Below, piece by piece: positions 36,647-46,973 of a stretch of 64,000 nucleotides of DNA (the first letter of the stretch is position 1; each line of letters opens with the position of its first letter). The notes beneath the pieces are model-generated. The model was not told where the DNA came from, searched no databases, and worked only from the letters and a program-made list of their open reading frames with translations. Source of the DNA: a virus. Taxonomy: Duplodnaviria; Caudoviricetes. The DNA lies in the IMG/VR virus record IMGVR_UViG_2706796753_000001, positions 1 through 64,000 of that record, one strand, 5' to 3'. The translations under genes and the position numbers were made by a program.

Positions 36647-37459
36647 GTGCATACAGTCGTAGACAAAGCAACAGGGATGTTTAATATGTTCGTCCCAATC
36701 GATATCAAAGAATCTATCAAAAAGAATGATGACACACCTTCTGAGCGCTCATGGTACTTACAAGGTTACGCCACAACTACAGACTTAGATAGACAAGATG
36801 ACATCGTAGACCCAGCAGGTATTGACATTAGCTACTTTATGAATCACGGATACATAAATTACGAACATAAACAAGGTGACTTCTATAAAGTCGGAGTTCC
36901 TACGGAGGGTACATACGTAGACCCCGATGTAGGTCTATATCTTGAATGTAAGTTATACAAAGAAAATCCTTATGCAAAGAGCATGTGGGACTTAGCGAAT
37001 AACATTTCTAAATCTGGAATTGATAGGAAACTAGGATTCTCTGTTGAAGGTTTCTGTTTAGCCAGAGACAAAGATGACCCAAGGATTATGCGTAAACTCC
37101 GCGTAACGAACGTAGCTGTTACCACTAATCCTGCTAACCCTCAAGCTACATGGGAACACATCATGAAAAGTTTCCAAGCAGGTTATGGGATTACTCCCGA
37201 AGATTCAATCGATGCGGGAGCGTTAAGTCCAGAAAACTTCGCTCGTAGCCTATACAATTTAACATGGGCTCTTAAAGAGACTGACGATAGTAAATTTGAA
37301 GAAGTATGGAAGAAGGTAGGTATCTACTTAGATGATATGAATAGAAACATGCCTGAGTGTGCTGTACTATTCTTACAGATTTCAAAAGGTATGTCTCGTT
37401 CAGAAGCATTAGAACATATAAAAACGGTGTACTCACCTAATAAAAAGGAGAATGAATAA
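36647..37459 (+). CDS. Prohead protease
   Basis: GYATT..LDRQDD, INYEH, LGFSVEG and VAVTTNPAN motifs. Confidence 0.93.
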   Translation: MHTVVDKATGMFNMFVPIDIKESIKKNDDTPSERSWYLQGYATTTDLDRQDDIVDPAGIDISYFMNHGYINYEHKQGDFYKVGVPTEGTYVDPDVGLYLECKLYKENPYAKSMWDLANNISKSGIDRKLGFSVEGFCLARDKDDPRIMRKLRVTNVAVTTNPANPQATWEHIMKSFQAGYGITPEDSIDAGALSPENFARSLYNLTWALKETDDSKFEEVWKKVGIYLDDMNRNMPECAVLFLQISKGMSRSEALEHIKTVYSPNKKENE

Positions 37460-38361
37460 TGGCAGAAGTTAAAATTTCAGAATTAACAAAAGAGTTAGAA
37501 GAGGTATCAAAATCTGTTGCGATTCCTGTAGACGAAGTAGTTGCTCCAGAAGCCCCAGAATTTAAACCTGAGGATAAAGAAAAGGACGAAGACGAAGTAG
37601 TCGAAGCTCCTGAGGAAAAGAAAGAAGATAAAGAACCTGAGGACGAAAAGGAGGAAGAGACAGTGGAAGAAGTAGTCGAGAAGTCGGATAAAGAAGACAA
37701 GAAGGACGAGAAGGACAAAGACAAAGCAAAAGGTAAAGACAAGTCCGATAAAAAAGAGGATAAGAAAGACAAAGAGAAAGAGGATAAAGAACCAGTAGCG
37801 AAATCTGCCGAAGCTTTAATCTCTAATGGCGAGTTAATCTCAGCATTCGAATCTGTTGTTAAATCTTATGGTGCAGTTGCAGAGTCTCAAAACGGATTAG
37901 TAGAACGATTAGAGCGTATCGAGAAATCAGTCTTACCTATGATTGAGAATATCGCAAAACACATCGAAGAGCTTAAAGCTAAAGAAGTAGTAGAAACTCC
38001 TGCCGAAAAGCCTAAGGAAGAAGAAGAGGAAGTAGTAGAAGAGGATAATACCGAGGATACGAAACCAGAAGAGAAGAAAGAAGAAGTCTCTAAATCTATG
38101 AACGAAGACCTAGAAGGCAAAGGAGTAGAATACGTTCAGAAATCTGCTGATAATGTTTTAGTAGAGGACGAAGAGGACGCTCCTGAGGAAGAAGAAGTCT
38201 TCAAAGCTGCTGACCATGTTAAGGAAGTAGTAAACTATTACACATCTGGTCAAGCTTCTGCTAACGAACAATACTTCTTATTCGGTGCAGTAAACCGTGT
38301 TAAAAACGGTCGTGAAACAGAAGAAGATGTTAGAGCTTTCCGTGCTATTGTAGGTAAATAA
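37459..38361 (+). CDS. Acidic scaffold/core protein
   Basis: E/K/D-rich, lies between protease and capsid, repeated (V/I)xKS sites. Confidence 0.75.
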   Translation: MAEVKISELTKELEEVSKSVAIPVDEVVAPEAPEFKPEDKEKDEDEVVEAPEEKKEDKEPEDEKEEETVEEVVEKSDKEDKKDEKDKDKAKGKDKSDKKEDKKDKEKEDKEPVAKSAEALISNGELISAFESVVKSYGAVAESQNGLVERLERIEKSVLPMIENIAKHIEELKAKEVVETPAEKPKEEEEEVVEEDNTEDTKPEEKKEEVSKSMNEDLEGKGVEYVQKSADNVLVEDEEDAPEEEEVFKAADHVKEVVNYYTSGQASANEQYFLFGAVNRVKNGRETEEDVRAFRAIVGK

Positions 38362-38583
38362 TTAGAAAATTAGAAAAACATAGTACGAAGTGTTATATTA
38401 TACTCGTAAGCTCAAAAAAAAAGGATTGGTAGCGACCTCCTCCTAAGCTACCTCTCCTCCATGTGTTATAATAAATATATAGGGGAAAACAAGTGGCGGT
38501 CGAGTACCGCACGTAAAAGTCAGAATACTCAGAAAATTTAGTTTATAAAAACAAACAAATCATATTGAAGGGAAGAATAATTA

Positions 38584-40022
38584 ATGACAGAATTGAAAAA
38601 AGAAGCAGAAGCTAAGAATAAAAAGCTTCCTGTCGAAGCAGAAGCAGAATTAGCAGAATTAGTGTCTAAGTCGTTTACGACTGGTTATGGCATTACACCT
38701 GATACACAGTTAGATGGAGCAGCAGTTCGTCGAGAACTATTAGAAGACCAAGTTAAAATGCTTGCATTCTCTAGCAACGACTTCACTATTTATCCGTTAA
38801 TTAACAAACAACAAGTAAATAGTACAGTTGCTAAATATGCAGTATTCAATCAACATGGTCGTACTGGTCACAGCCGTTTCGTACGTGAGGTCGGAGTAGC
38901 TTCTATCAACGACCCTAACATCCGTCAAAAAACGGTTCAAATGAAGTTCTTATCTGACACTAAGCAACAATCACTTGCTGCTGGTTTAGTTAACAACATC
39001 GCAGACCCAATGACAATCTTAACGGAAGATGCTATCGCGGTTATTGCGAAATCTATCGAGTGGGCTATTTTTTATGGTGACGCAGCATTATCATCTGAGG
39101 CTGATGGACAAGCAGGTATCGAGTTCGATGGCTTACATAAACTGATTGACCAAGATACAAACGTAATCGACCTTAAAGGTGCTCGTTTAGACGAAGCTAC
39201 TTTAAACAAAGCAGCAGTTATTGTTGGTAAAGGTTATGGTCGCGCTACTGATGCGTTTATGCCGATAGGGGTGCAAGCTGACTTCACGAATAATCTATTA
39301 GACCGTCAACGTGTAATTCAACCGTCAACTGCTGGTGGATTCTCAACTGGTTTCTCTATTAACCAATTCTTATCTACTCGTGGTGCAATCAACTTACATG
39401 GTTCAACAATCATGGAGAATGATAACATCTTACTTGAGGTCGTAACCCAGAGCCTAACGCTCCTCAAGCGCCAGCATCTGTAGTAGCTTCAATTGTGGAT
39501 GACAAAAAAGGTGGATTCCGTGATGAGGATATCAAAACTCATTCTTACAAAGTTGTAGTTCATTCTGACGATGCAGAGTCATTACCATCTGAGGCAGTTA
39601 CAGCAGCAGTTGCGAAAAAAGACAACACGGTTAAACTTGAAGTTAAATTAGCTTCTCTATACCAAGCGCAACCACAATTCATCTCTGTATACCGCGAAGG
39701 TACAGAAACAGGTCACTACTTCTTAATCGCTCGTGTTCCTGTATCAAAAGTAAATGACCAAGGTGTAATCGAAGTCCTTGACCGTAACCAAGTAATCCCT
39801 GAGACTACTGATGTATTCGTAGGTGAATTAACTCCTAACGTTGTGAGTTTACTAGAGTTACTACCAATGATGAAATTACCATTGGCTCAAATGAACGCTA
39901 CAACTACATTCACAGTTCTTTGGTATGGTGCACTAGCATTATACGCTCCGAAGAAATGGGTTCGTATCAAAAACGTTCAATACATCCCAGCTCTTGCAGC
40001 AGATGTTACAGTTAAATACTAA
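38584..40022 (+). CDS. Major capsid protein, split by a 1-nt frameshift near 39438
   Basis: SKSFTTGYGITPDTQ N-terminus typical of Herelleviridae capsids; ORFs 38584-39483 and 39495-40022 join via RNPEPNAPQAPASVVASIV. Confidence 0.95.
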
Positions 40023-40198
40023 TTCTAAGTCGTAAGGACATTCCGATGGCTTCGCGCCCTCATCTTATTAAGATTGTATCATAGGTTGCAATACAAAGCA
40101 ACGACATTAAAAATAAAGATATAATCTACCGAAGATTGGCTGTTAAAGCCACTAATAGATGTTTGACGTCATTTGACAACTTAATAGAAAACTGAATA

Positions 40199-40226
40199 GG
40201 GGCAGAGAAAATATCTGCTCCTTTTT
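40199..40226 (+). terminator. Terminator after the capsid gene
   Basis: GGGGCAGA-loop-TCTGCTCC followed by TTTTT. Confidence 0.85.
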
Positions 40227-40261
40227 ATGTATATAAACCAAAATTTAAGGAGGATTTATTT

Positions 40262-40483
40262 ATGTTAATTGGAGAACGCGTAGCAGGTAAGGTAGTTGCC
40301 ACAGTTTTAGGACAAGTTACATTTAATGAAAAAGGTGAAGCAGAAGGTTTGACCGACGAGCAAGAACAATCATTAGCACATATCGGTGGATTCACTTACA
40401 TCGCTCCCGAAGTTAAAGAAGAGCCTAAACAAAAAGCAGCACCTAAATCCAAAGCAAAGCCAGCACCTAAAAAAGCGGAGTAG
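40262..40483 (+). CDS. Small virion-module protein
   Basis: SD AAGGAGG, Lys/Pro-rich tail. Confidence 0.75.
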   Translation: MLIGERVAGKVVATVLGQVTFNEKGEAEGLTDEQEQSLAHIGGFTYIAPEVKEEPKQKAAPKSKAKPAPKKAE

Positions 40484-40492
40484 GAGTGATGA

Positions 40493-41374
40493 GTGATGTA
40501 TAACAATCCTATGCATCAAGACGGGACTCAATACCAGCATAATAATGAAAAGTTAATCGATTTAGATAAAATCGAAGAGCTTAATCTAGCAGACTATGGA
40601 TTCACTGTAGACGCCGTTAAGATGAATCATTTCGGTATAGATGTTACAGACCCTAGAACGAAGCAACCTATGCCTGACGCCTTCTATGAGGCTTCTTTAG
40701 AGAAAGCTATCGCACAAGTAGAGAAGATGCTTGACATCGTAATATTACCTCGATATAACGGAGAGCATCATGACTACTACCGTAATGACTTTGAAAGTTT
40801 TATGTTCATCAGAACAAGACAAAGACCCGTACTACAAATGGAAAAAGTAACATTAGAATACGGCGGAGGCACAGTATTCAACTATCCTACGAAGTGGTGG
40901 AGAGTATATAAACTAGAAGGTCAACTGGAGATGTTGCCTACTTTAATGCTATCAGAGCAGGGACAAAGTTTAAATCTAGCACAGGTATACTCAGGTTACC
41001 CGATGATTGCAGGTATTCCGAATTTAGTCGGTAATAACTATGCACCACAAATGTTCCACGTAGAGTACGTAGCAGGTATGCTTCCACCAAAACGTAGAGG
41101 GGTTTCAAGAGAATACGAGATGCCAGCAGACTTATGGACACTGGTTATCAAAGTAGCACTAAAAGAGATTCTACAACAATGGGGACGTTTAATCGTAGGT
41201 GCTGGTATTGCATCTATGAGCGTAAACATCGATGGTATTTCTCAAAGTATCGACACAACTCAGTCTGCTATGTATGGTGGGGCATCTGCCGATATCATGC
41301 AGCTAGATAGAGATATCGAAGACTTAGTTAGAGGATTAAAATCATTCTACGGAATTAACTTAGGAATCATTTAA
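40493..41374 (+). CDS. Neck/head-tail adaptor protein
   Basis: GAGIASMSVNIDGISQSI C-terminus; position. Confidence 0.75.
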   Translation: MMYNNPMHQDGTQYQHNNEKLIDLDKIEELNLADYGFTVDAVKMNHFGIDVTDPRTKQPMPDAFYEASLEKAIAQVEKMLDIVILPRYNGEHHDYYRNDFESFMFIRTRQRPVLQMEKVTLEYGGGTVFNYPTKWWRVYKLEGQLEMLPTLMLSEQGQSLNLAQVYSGYPMIAGIPNLVGNNYAPQMFHVEYVAGMLPPKRRGVSREYEMPADLWTLVIKVALKEILQQWGRLIVGAGIASMSVNIDGISQSIDTTQSAMYGGASADIMQLDRDIEDLVRGLKSFYGINLGII

Positions 41375-41385
41375 GGAGGGTTTTT

Positions 41386-42171
41386 ATGGCAGAGAAACCA
41401 ATGATACTGCAAAGCATTGCCCAAGCTACTCATAGGCTTCCTGACCTAGATAATCATATTGATAACTTCTCACAAAAAGTACTGTGGGAAAAATCATACC
41501 TATGCCCTTGTCGTGATAAAGCTACAAGACAGCCTGACCAAACTTGTCCTATATGTCACGGCAGAGGTATTGCCTTCTTACCAGCTAAAGAGATTGGTAT
41601 CATGATTCAATCACAAGCTAAAGGGGCGATTAATGAGGATATAGGTATTATGGATACAGGTACAGCAATCGGAACACCTGACAGGTCTCACCGTATTGCA
41701 TTTAGGGATAGAATCACTGTAACGAATGCAATCATCTCGCAATCTATGATTTTTGATGTAACGGATAGAAGAATCAAGAATGGGTTCTACATGGTGTACG
41801 ATGTGAAGAAAGTTGAACTAGCTATGTCTGTAGATGGTGAACTATTCGAAGGTTCTGACTTTAAAATCGATTACAAGAAGAATTTAATATATCCTAGTGA
41901 ACACTTGAAGGGTATGAATATTTCTCTTAACGTCGAAACTACTTTGCGATACTTAGTAGCAGACCTATTGAAAGAGCACCGATATGTACGTGATATGGAT
42001 TACTCGCAGCACGACGCATATCAAAAGCTATTACTAAAACGTGAGGACTTATTTATCGATAAAGAGGCATTCGAATCAGGAGTTAACGATAGAGATATCC
42101 AAGACATCTTTGATGCGAAGAAAGGTCTTAACACTAACGGTTACAACGGATTCTTTAAAGGTATGGGTTAA
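41386..42171 (+). CDS. Neck/head-closure protein
   Basis: CPC...CPICHGRG motif; position. Confidence 0.7.
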   Translation: MAEKPMILQSIAQATHRLPDLDNHIDNFSQKVLWEKSYLCPCRDKATRQPDQTCPICHGRGIAFLPAKEIGIMIQSQAKGAINEDIGIMDTGTAIGTPDRSHRIAFRDRITVTNAIISQSMIFDVTDRRIKNGFYMVYDVKKVELAMSVDGELFEGSDFKIDYKKNLIYPSEHLKGMNISLNVETTLRYLVADLLKEHRYVRDMDYSQHDAYQKLLLKREDLFIDKEAFESGVNDRDIQDIFDAKKGLNTNGYNGFFKGMG

Positions 42172-42791
42172 TGGCTAAGAAACGTCCTAAGATATTCCAA
42201 AGCGAAGCCAACATGAAGAAGGCTATGAATAATCTAGGAAATAACCTTGTCAATAATGCTCTTGATGAAACTGCTAAATCTTTAGCACGTAACCTACCTG
42301 ATGGTATGGAACTCAAGAGAAAACCTAAATATCTAGAGCTTACAGAGAACCGTTTAAATAGTTTAGGAGTTATCGACCTTAAGCCTTATTTCGCACGTAG
42401 TAGTAAACGTAAGAACAGAAAAGGTGGAGGATGGTATTTAACCGTTCCTATACGCCGTAGAGCACGTGGTATGTCTCGTAGGATGTATGAGCAGTTGAGG
42501 GCGATAGATATAGCTCCTAGCCAACGTAAGACTGTTATATCTGATTACATGTACGACAACAGAAAAACATCTGATGCATCCATGTTGAACTACACGCCAC
42601 GCTCTAATAATATTACGAAAATACGTTCTGGTACGAATCGACATGACTACATCGCATTCCGTACCGTATCAGATAAATCACCTGCGAATAGCTGGATTAT
42701 CAATCGTGATAGAGTAACCGTTAGTAACACGTCAAAAACATTCGTTGCCAATGTAAATAGACTTATGAAATACAATATGAAAAATCAATAG
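42171..42791 (+). CDS. Basic head-tail region protein
   Basis: YIAFRTVSDKS..NSWI motif; position. Confidence 0.7.
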   Translation: MAKKRPKIFQSEANMKKAMNNLGNNLVNNALDETAKSLARNLPDGMELKRKPKYLELTENRLNSLGVIDLKPYFARSSKRKNRKGGGWYLTVPIRRRARGMSRRMYEQLRAIDIAPSQRKTVISDYMYDNRKTSDASMLNYTPRSNNITKIRSGTNRHDYIAFRTVSDKSPANSWIINRDRVTVSNTSKTFVANVNRLMKYNMKNQ

Positions 42792-42805
42792 GAGGGGGTT
42801 AAGAA

Positions 42806-43684
42806 ATGCTATCTAGTATCGATACATATATTTATACGCAAATTGAACAGACATTAGGAATTTTATTGTCGAACCGCTATATTATAGAGGAACTATTAAA
42901 GGAAGTACAGCCTAATGTTCGTGAGTCTTTTATAAAAGCATATGTGTACGATGAACGGTATAACCCAGCTCCAAGGGAAGTACCAATCTTATACACTATG
43001 CCGCAGGACAAGCAGAAATTACAAGGTTCAATCTATATCGGTTTACGAGAAGGAGAAGAGACAAATCCTAGTATCGGAAACCTAGAAAGTACATATCCTA
43101 GCCCATCACTTGGACTAATCCGCGAAGTAGCCGATGTGCAAGTAGATGCGCTATCAAATCGAATGTATTTTGAATTAGAAAAGCCAGTTGCTTCTCTGTC
43201 GTCTGTAGAAGGTATCACCTTCTCTAGTAAAGACAATATCACTTACGAAGGTAATAGAATCTACTTCAAGTATAGTCCAGACCTCGAAGGATTAGGAGGT
43301 TTTGTAGTTTGGTACGAGGAGCTATCAACCAAGGAGTCTCGTAAAGGAGAGTTTGGTGTTAGGTCTGGTTTTACTACTACAGAATACTACTCAATCTTGG
43401 TCTTGTCAACCAATATGAATACCGTTAGATGTTTAGACCTTCTTTTAAAAGCCGTTCTTATCTATATGAGAAGTACAGCCGAGGAGCAAACAAACAATCT
43501 TTTACAAGGTATCAAGTTTGGTCAAATTGAGGAAGTAAATACAAACACAGGTGAAGAAACTCCAGAGATTCTATACGGGAGAGAGACACTTGTTAAATAC
43601 GTCACTTCTTATAGCTTAGACGTTCCAATCGAAAATAGCATTAAGGAGTTAGTCCTAAAGGCAAAACTAGATGTTGAAAGTTAG
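42806..43684 (+). CDS. Probable tail terminator/neck protein
   Basis: 292 aa, two genes before the sheath; positional. Confidence 0.6.
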   Translation: MLSSIDTYIYTQIEQTLGILLSNRYIIEELLKEVQPNVRESFIKAYVYDERYNPAPREVPILYTMPQDKQKLQGSIYIGLREGEETNPSIGNLESTYPSPSLGLIREVADVQVDALSNRMYFELEKPVASLSSVEGITFSSKDNITYEGNRIYFKYSPDLEGLGGFVVWYEELSTKESRKGEFGVRSGFTTTEYYSILVLSTNMNTVRCLDLLLKAVLIYMRSTAEEQTNNLLQGIKFGQIEEVNTNTGEETPEILYGRETLVKYVTSYSLDVPIENSIKELVLKAKLDVES

Positions 43685-43696
43685 GAGGAAGCTAAC

Positions 43697-43909
43697 ATGG
43701 CAGAGAAACAAGCCACAAAGAAAGAAGTACAAGCCGAGCCATTAAAACCTTACGTACATATCGATAAGTTTTTAAACTCTGTAAAACTAGTGTACGAGCT
43801 GTCGGATGTAGAGTTAGCAGGATTCAAAGCTCTAATGGCAGGGCAGCATTACCAAAGAGATGAAGAGATTTTCTTAGAAGCTCTTAAAAAGCATTTCAAT
43901 TTAAAATAA
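43697..43909 (+). CDS. Small conserved pre-sheath protein
   Basis: SD AGGAGG; position. Confidence 0.7.
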   Translation: MAEKQATKKEVQAEPLKPYVHIDKFLNSVKLVYELSDVELAGFKALMAGQHYQRDEEIFLEALKKHFNLK

Positions 43910-43934
43910 CCAATTAGAAAGGAAGATTACATAT

Positions 43935-45647
43935 ATGGCAGTTTCATATGGTTTCAATAGAAAACGTCCACGTACCGAAGTTACATTGGACTCAACAGCT
44001 TTAGGTTCTGCAAATGTTCGTAGTGAAAAACCGTTAATTTTAATCGGTTCTGCTACAGGCGGAGAGCCAAACAAAGTAGAAGTAGTAACAAACTTATCAC
44101 AAGCACGAAACATCTTCCGTGGCGGAGAACTAGTAGATGCTATCGAGATGGCGTGGAATCCATCAGTTAACTTAGGTGGCGCAGGTAAAATCTATGCTGT
44201 CCGTGCTGATGAAGCAACACAAGCAAAACTAGTGAAAGATGGTTACACATTCACATCTAAGCTTTATGGTTCAGATGCAAACGGTATCCAAATCTCATTA
44301 GAAGATAACGTAATCACAAAGTCTAAACGTTTCAACGTCTACTTCACAAGAGAGCGTTACGAGCAGACTTACGATAACATCGGTAACATCTTCGCAGTTC
44401 AATACACAGGTTCTCTAGTGTACGCATCTATCGAAATCAAAGTAGATAGTGCAACAAAAGAAGCTAAAACACTTGAACTAAAAGCTGGTGCTGATAAAGA
44501 CACAGCGGCTGTAGTTCGTACATACGAGTTAGGTGAAGGTTTCTATCAAGACGTTAACGTACTAGTAAACGATATTAATAACCTACCAGATTTCAAAGCA
44601 GTAATGAACTCTTTAGGTGGTTACAAAAATGTCTCTACTAACTACTTAGACGCTTTAGCTGCAACACCGCTTGCGAAAGAAAAAGATGTAACAGTAACAG
44701 CAGTATCAGCAGATTTAGCGTTAACACTTGCTAATGACCGATACGTATCTCTAGAAATCGACTTAACAAAACCAGCTCCAGCTACTATCCCTGTAACAAG
44801 TCTTGCTGGTGCAGAGACAAAAGCTCCACCTGCTTCATGGGCTAAGTTGTTCGCATCTGTAGCAGACTCTGGTGGATACTACGTTGTTCCATTAACAGCA
44901 AATGAAGTTATCCATGCTGAGTTAGGTCACTTCTTACGTTCTGAATCAAGTGCAGGTAACCAGCTACGAGGATTCGTTGGTGGAGGTATCGAGGAATCAT
45001 TTGACGCATTACGTGCTCGTCAAGCAGCGATTCGAAACCCACGTGTAGCTTTAGTCGGTGACTCTGTAACACGTCGTATGGCAGATGGTCGCGTATACAA
45101 AGCTCCAGCTTACATGTACGCAGCTCAAGTAGCAGGTCTAGCATCTGGACTACAAATCGGAGTTCCAATGACATACAAGAAAATGAATATCGATGCATTA
45201 AACCTTAAGTTCTCTGACGACCAATTAGACCAATTAGATTCTACAGGCGTAATCATGACGTTCTACCGCAGAAATCGTGATGAGTCTACGTTCCGAATTG
45301 CGTCTGACCCAACAACTTACAACAACGTTGAGGATATCGTTCAGAACCGTATGTCTCTTGGTGAAACATCTGACTTCTTGACAACAGACTTACGTACAGT
45401 CCTTGATGAGGAGTTCATTGGTACTCGTATCAAGAACACATCAGCATCAATCATCAAGAACCGTGTCGAGTCATTCCTAGACGTTCAAAAAGGCGTAGAC
45501 GGATTAATCGTAGACTACAACCCAGAAGACATCCAAGTTGTCATCGACGGTAATACTGCAATCATCAACATCGTAGTACAACCATCTCGTGGATTGGATT
45601 ACATCAACGTATTCCTTTCTTACAAAGATAACAAAATGTCTGCATAA
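43935..45647 (+). CDS. Tail sheath protein
   Basis: 570 aa, RPRTEV...LIGSATGGEP...IFRGGEL and EFIG C-terminal sheath motif. Confidence 0.93.
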   Translation: MAVSYGFNRKRPRTEVTLDSTALGSANVRSEKPLILIGSATGGEPNKVEVVTNLSQARNIFRGGELVDAIEMAWNPSVNLGGAGKIYAVRADEATQAKLVKDGYTFTSKLYGSDANGIQISLEDNVITKSKRFNVYFTRERYEQTYDNIGNIFAVQYTGSLVYASIEIKVDSATKEAKTLELKAGADKDTAAVVRTYELGEGFYQDVNVLVNDINNLPDFKAVMNSLGGYKNVSTNYLDALAATPLAKEKDVTVTAVSADLALTLANDRYVSLEIDLTKPAPATIPVTSLAGAETKAPPASWAKLFASVADSGGYYVVPLTANEVIHAELGHFLRSESSAGNQLRGFVGGGIEESFDALRARQAAIRNPRVALVGDSVTRRMADGRVYKAPAYMYAAQVAGLASGLQIGVPMTYKKMNIDALNLKFSDDQLDQLDSTGVIMTFYRRNRDESTFRIASDPTTYNNVEDIVQNRMSLGETSDFLTTDLRTVLDEEFIGTRIKNTSASIIKNRVESFLDVQKGVDGLIVDYNPEDIQVVIDGNTAIINIVVQPSRGLDYINVFLSYKDNKMSA

Positions 45648-45697
45648 TCGGAGAGGGTTCGCCCTCTCTATCATAATAAAATAGGAGTGATTGATAT

Positions 45698-46126
45698 ATG
45701 GCAAGTTTAGCTAACCAAACAGTCCAATCAGCAAATACCGTATATTTCATGATTAAAAACGTTCCGATTGCTCGTGCTCAATCTATCAGTTCAGAGCGTT
45801 CATTCGGTACTCAAGGTGTTTACGAGATTGGTTCTATCATGCCAAAAGAGCACGTTTACTTACGTTACGAAGGTACTGTTACGGTAGAACGTTTCCGTAT
45901 GCGTAAAGAAAACTTAGCAGCTTTAGGATTCGCGGCTTTAGGTGAAGAAGTACTACAAATGGACATCATGGATATCGTTCTTTACGATAACATCACATCC
46001 GAAGTAGTTATCGCTTACCGTGGATGTTCAATCGATACATACAGTGAATCTGTATCTGTTGGTGAAATCAGTTCTGAGTCTGCTCGATTCTACTTCTTGA
46101 CATCAGCAAACGTTCGTTCTGCATAA
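45698..46126 (+). CDS. Tail tube protein
   Basis: 142 aa, QTVQSANTV...GVYEIGSIMP. Confidence 0.92.
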   Translation: MASLANQTVQSANTVYFMIKNVPIARAQSISSERSFGTQGVYEIGSIMPKEHVYLRYEGTVTVERFRMRKENLAALGFAALGEEVLQMDIMDIVLYDNITSEVVIAYRGCSIDTYSESVSVGEISSESARFYFLTSANVRSA

Positions 46127-46128
46127 TT

Positions 46129-46157
46129 AGGAGACTATTAATTTAGTCTCTTTTTTT
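46129..46157 (+). terminator. Terminator after the tail tube gene
   Basis: GGAGACTA-loop-TAGTCTCT followed by T-tract. Confidence 0.85.
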
Positions 46158-46303
46158 ATTTACAGAAAGTTTTCATAATTCACTCTTCCATGTCGTTATA
46201 TTTACACAACTATTACAATTCCTTTACAAAAAGGAAAACTACTAGTATATGTGTTACATTAGAATAGAATACATAAAAAACTTGGAGAAGGAGTCATGAT
46301 ATT

Positions 46304-46966
46304 ATGAAAACATTAAGGACATTAGCCGCTACATTGGTAGTCGGTGCAGGAGTATTATTAGCAGGAGGTCACGATGCAAAAGCTGAGGAAGTAAGTGTAG
46401 TAGATTATCTATACCAGAAGGGTGAGAATCACTCGTTTGATAGTCGAGCACAACTAGCAGCAGATTACGGCATTCAGAATTATGTAGGTTCTGAACAACA
46501 AAATATTAACCTATTAACGTTACTGAAAGGCGATATGGGTGAAGTATCTCCTAGAGCAGAACAAGCAGCTAGAGATAATGTACAAGCTGCAAACAAGCAA
46601 CCACAACCTAAGGTTCAAGCTGTGCCTAAGCAAGAGGTACAAAAAGCAAAACCACAAGGTAAAACAATTACAGTGGTCGCAACAGCTTATACAGCAGACC
46701 CAGCAGAGAATGGTGGTACATACGGTGGAGTAGTTAAAACAGCAACAGGATTCAATTTAACAGCAAATCCTAGCGCAAAAGTAATCGCAGTTGACCCACG
46801 AGTAATTCCATTAGGTTCTAAAGTATACGTAGAAGGTTACGGAGAGGCGATGGCACTAGATACTGGTGGCGCAATCAAAGGTAATCGTATCGATGTATTA
46901 ATGCCTAATAACAAAGTATCGAATGACTGGGGACGAAAAACAGTTAACGTTACAATCTTAAACTAG
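46304..46966 (+). CDS. Secreted 3D-domain peptidoglycan hydrolase with DUF3597-like region
   Basis: Signal peptide ending AKA; ATAY, IAVDPRVIPLGS, DTGGAIKGNRIDV. Confidence 0.9.
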   Translation: MKTLRTLAATLVVGAGVLLAGGHDAKAEEVSVVDYLYQKGENHSFDSRAQLAADYGIQNYVGSEQQNINLLTLLKGDMGEVSPRAEQAARDNVQAANKQPQPKVQAVPKQEVQKAKPQGKTITVVATAYTADPAENGGTYGGVVKTATGFNLTANPSAKVIAVDPRVIPLGSKVYVEGYGEAMALDTGGAIKGNRIDVLMPNNKVSNDWGRKTVNVTILN

Positions 46967-46973
46967 TACATAA

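Noticed and set aside
39430-39495. Programmed frameshift or intron in the major capsid gene
   Set aside because: One missing base restores a continuous protein; there is no slippery heptamer or inserted sequence, and four similar lesions occur elsewhere.
40095-40130. Group I intron core (GCAACGAC...AAGATATAATC resemble R/S elements)
   Set aside because: It lies outside any gene, lacks recognisable P3/P4/P6 elements, and the S-like segment pairs better with 40071-40080.
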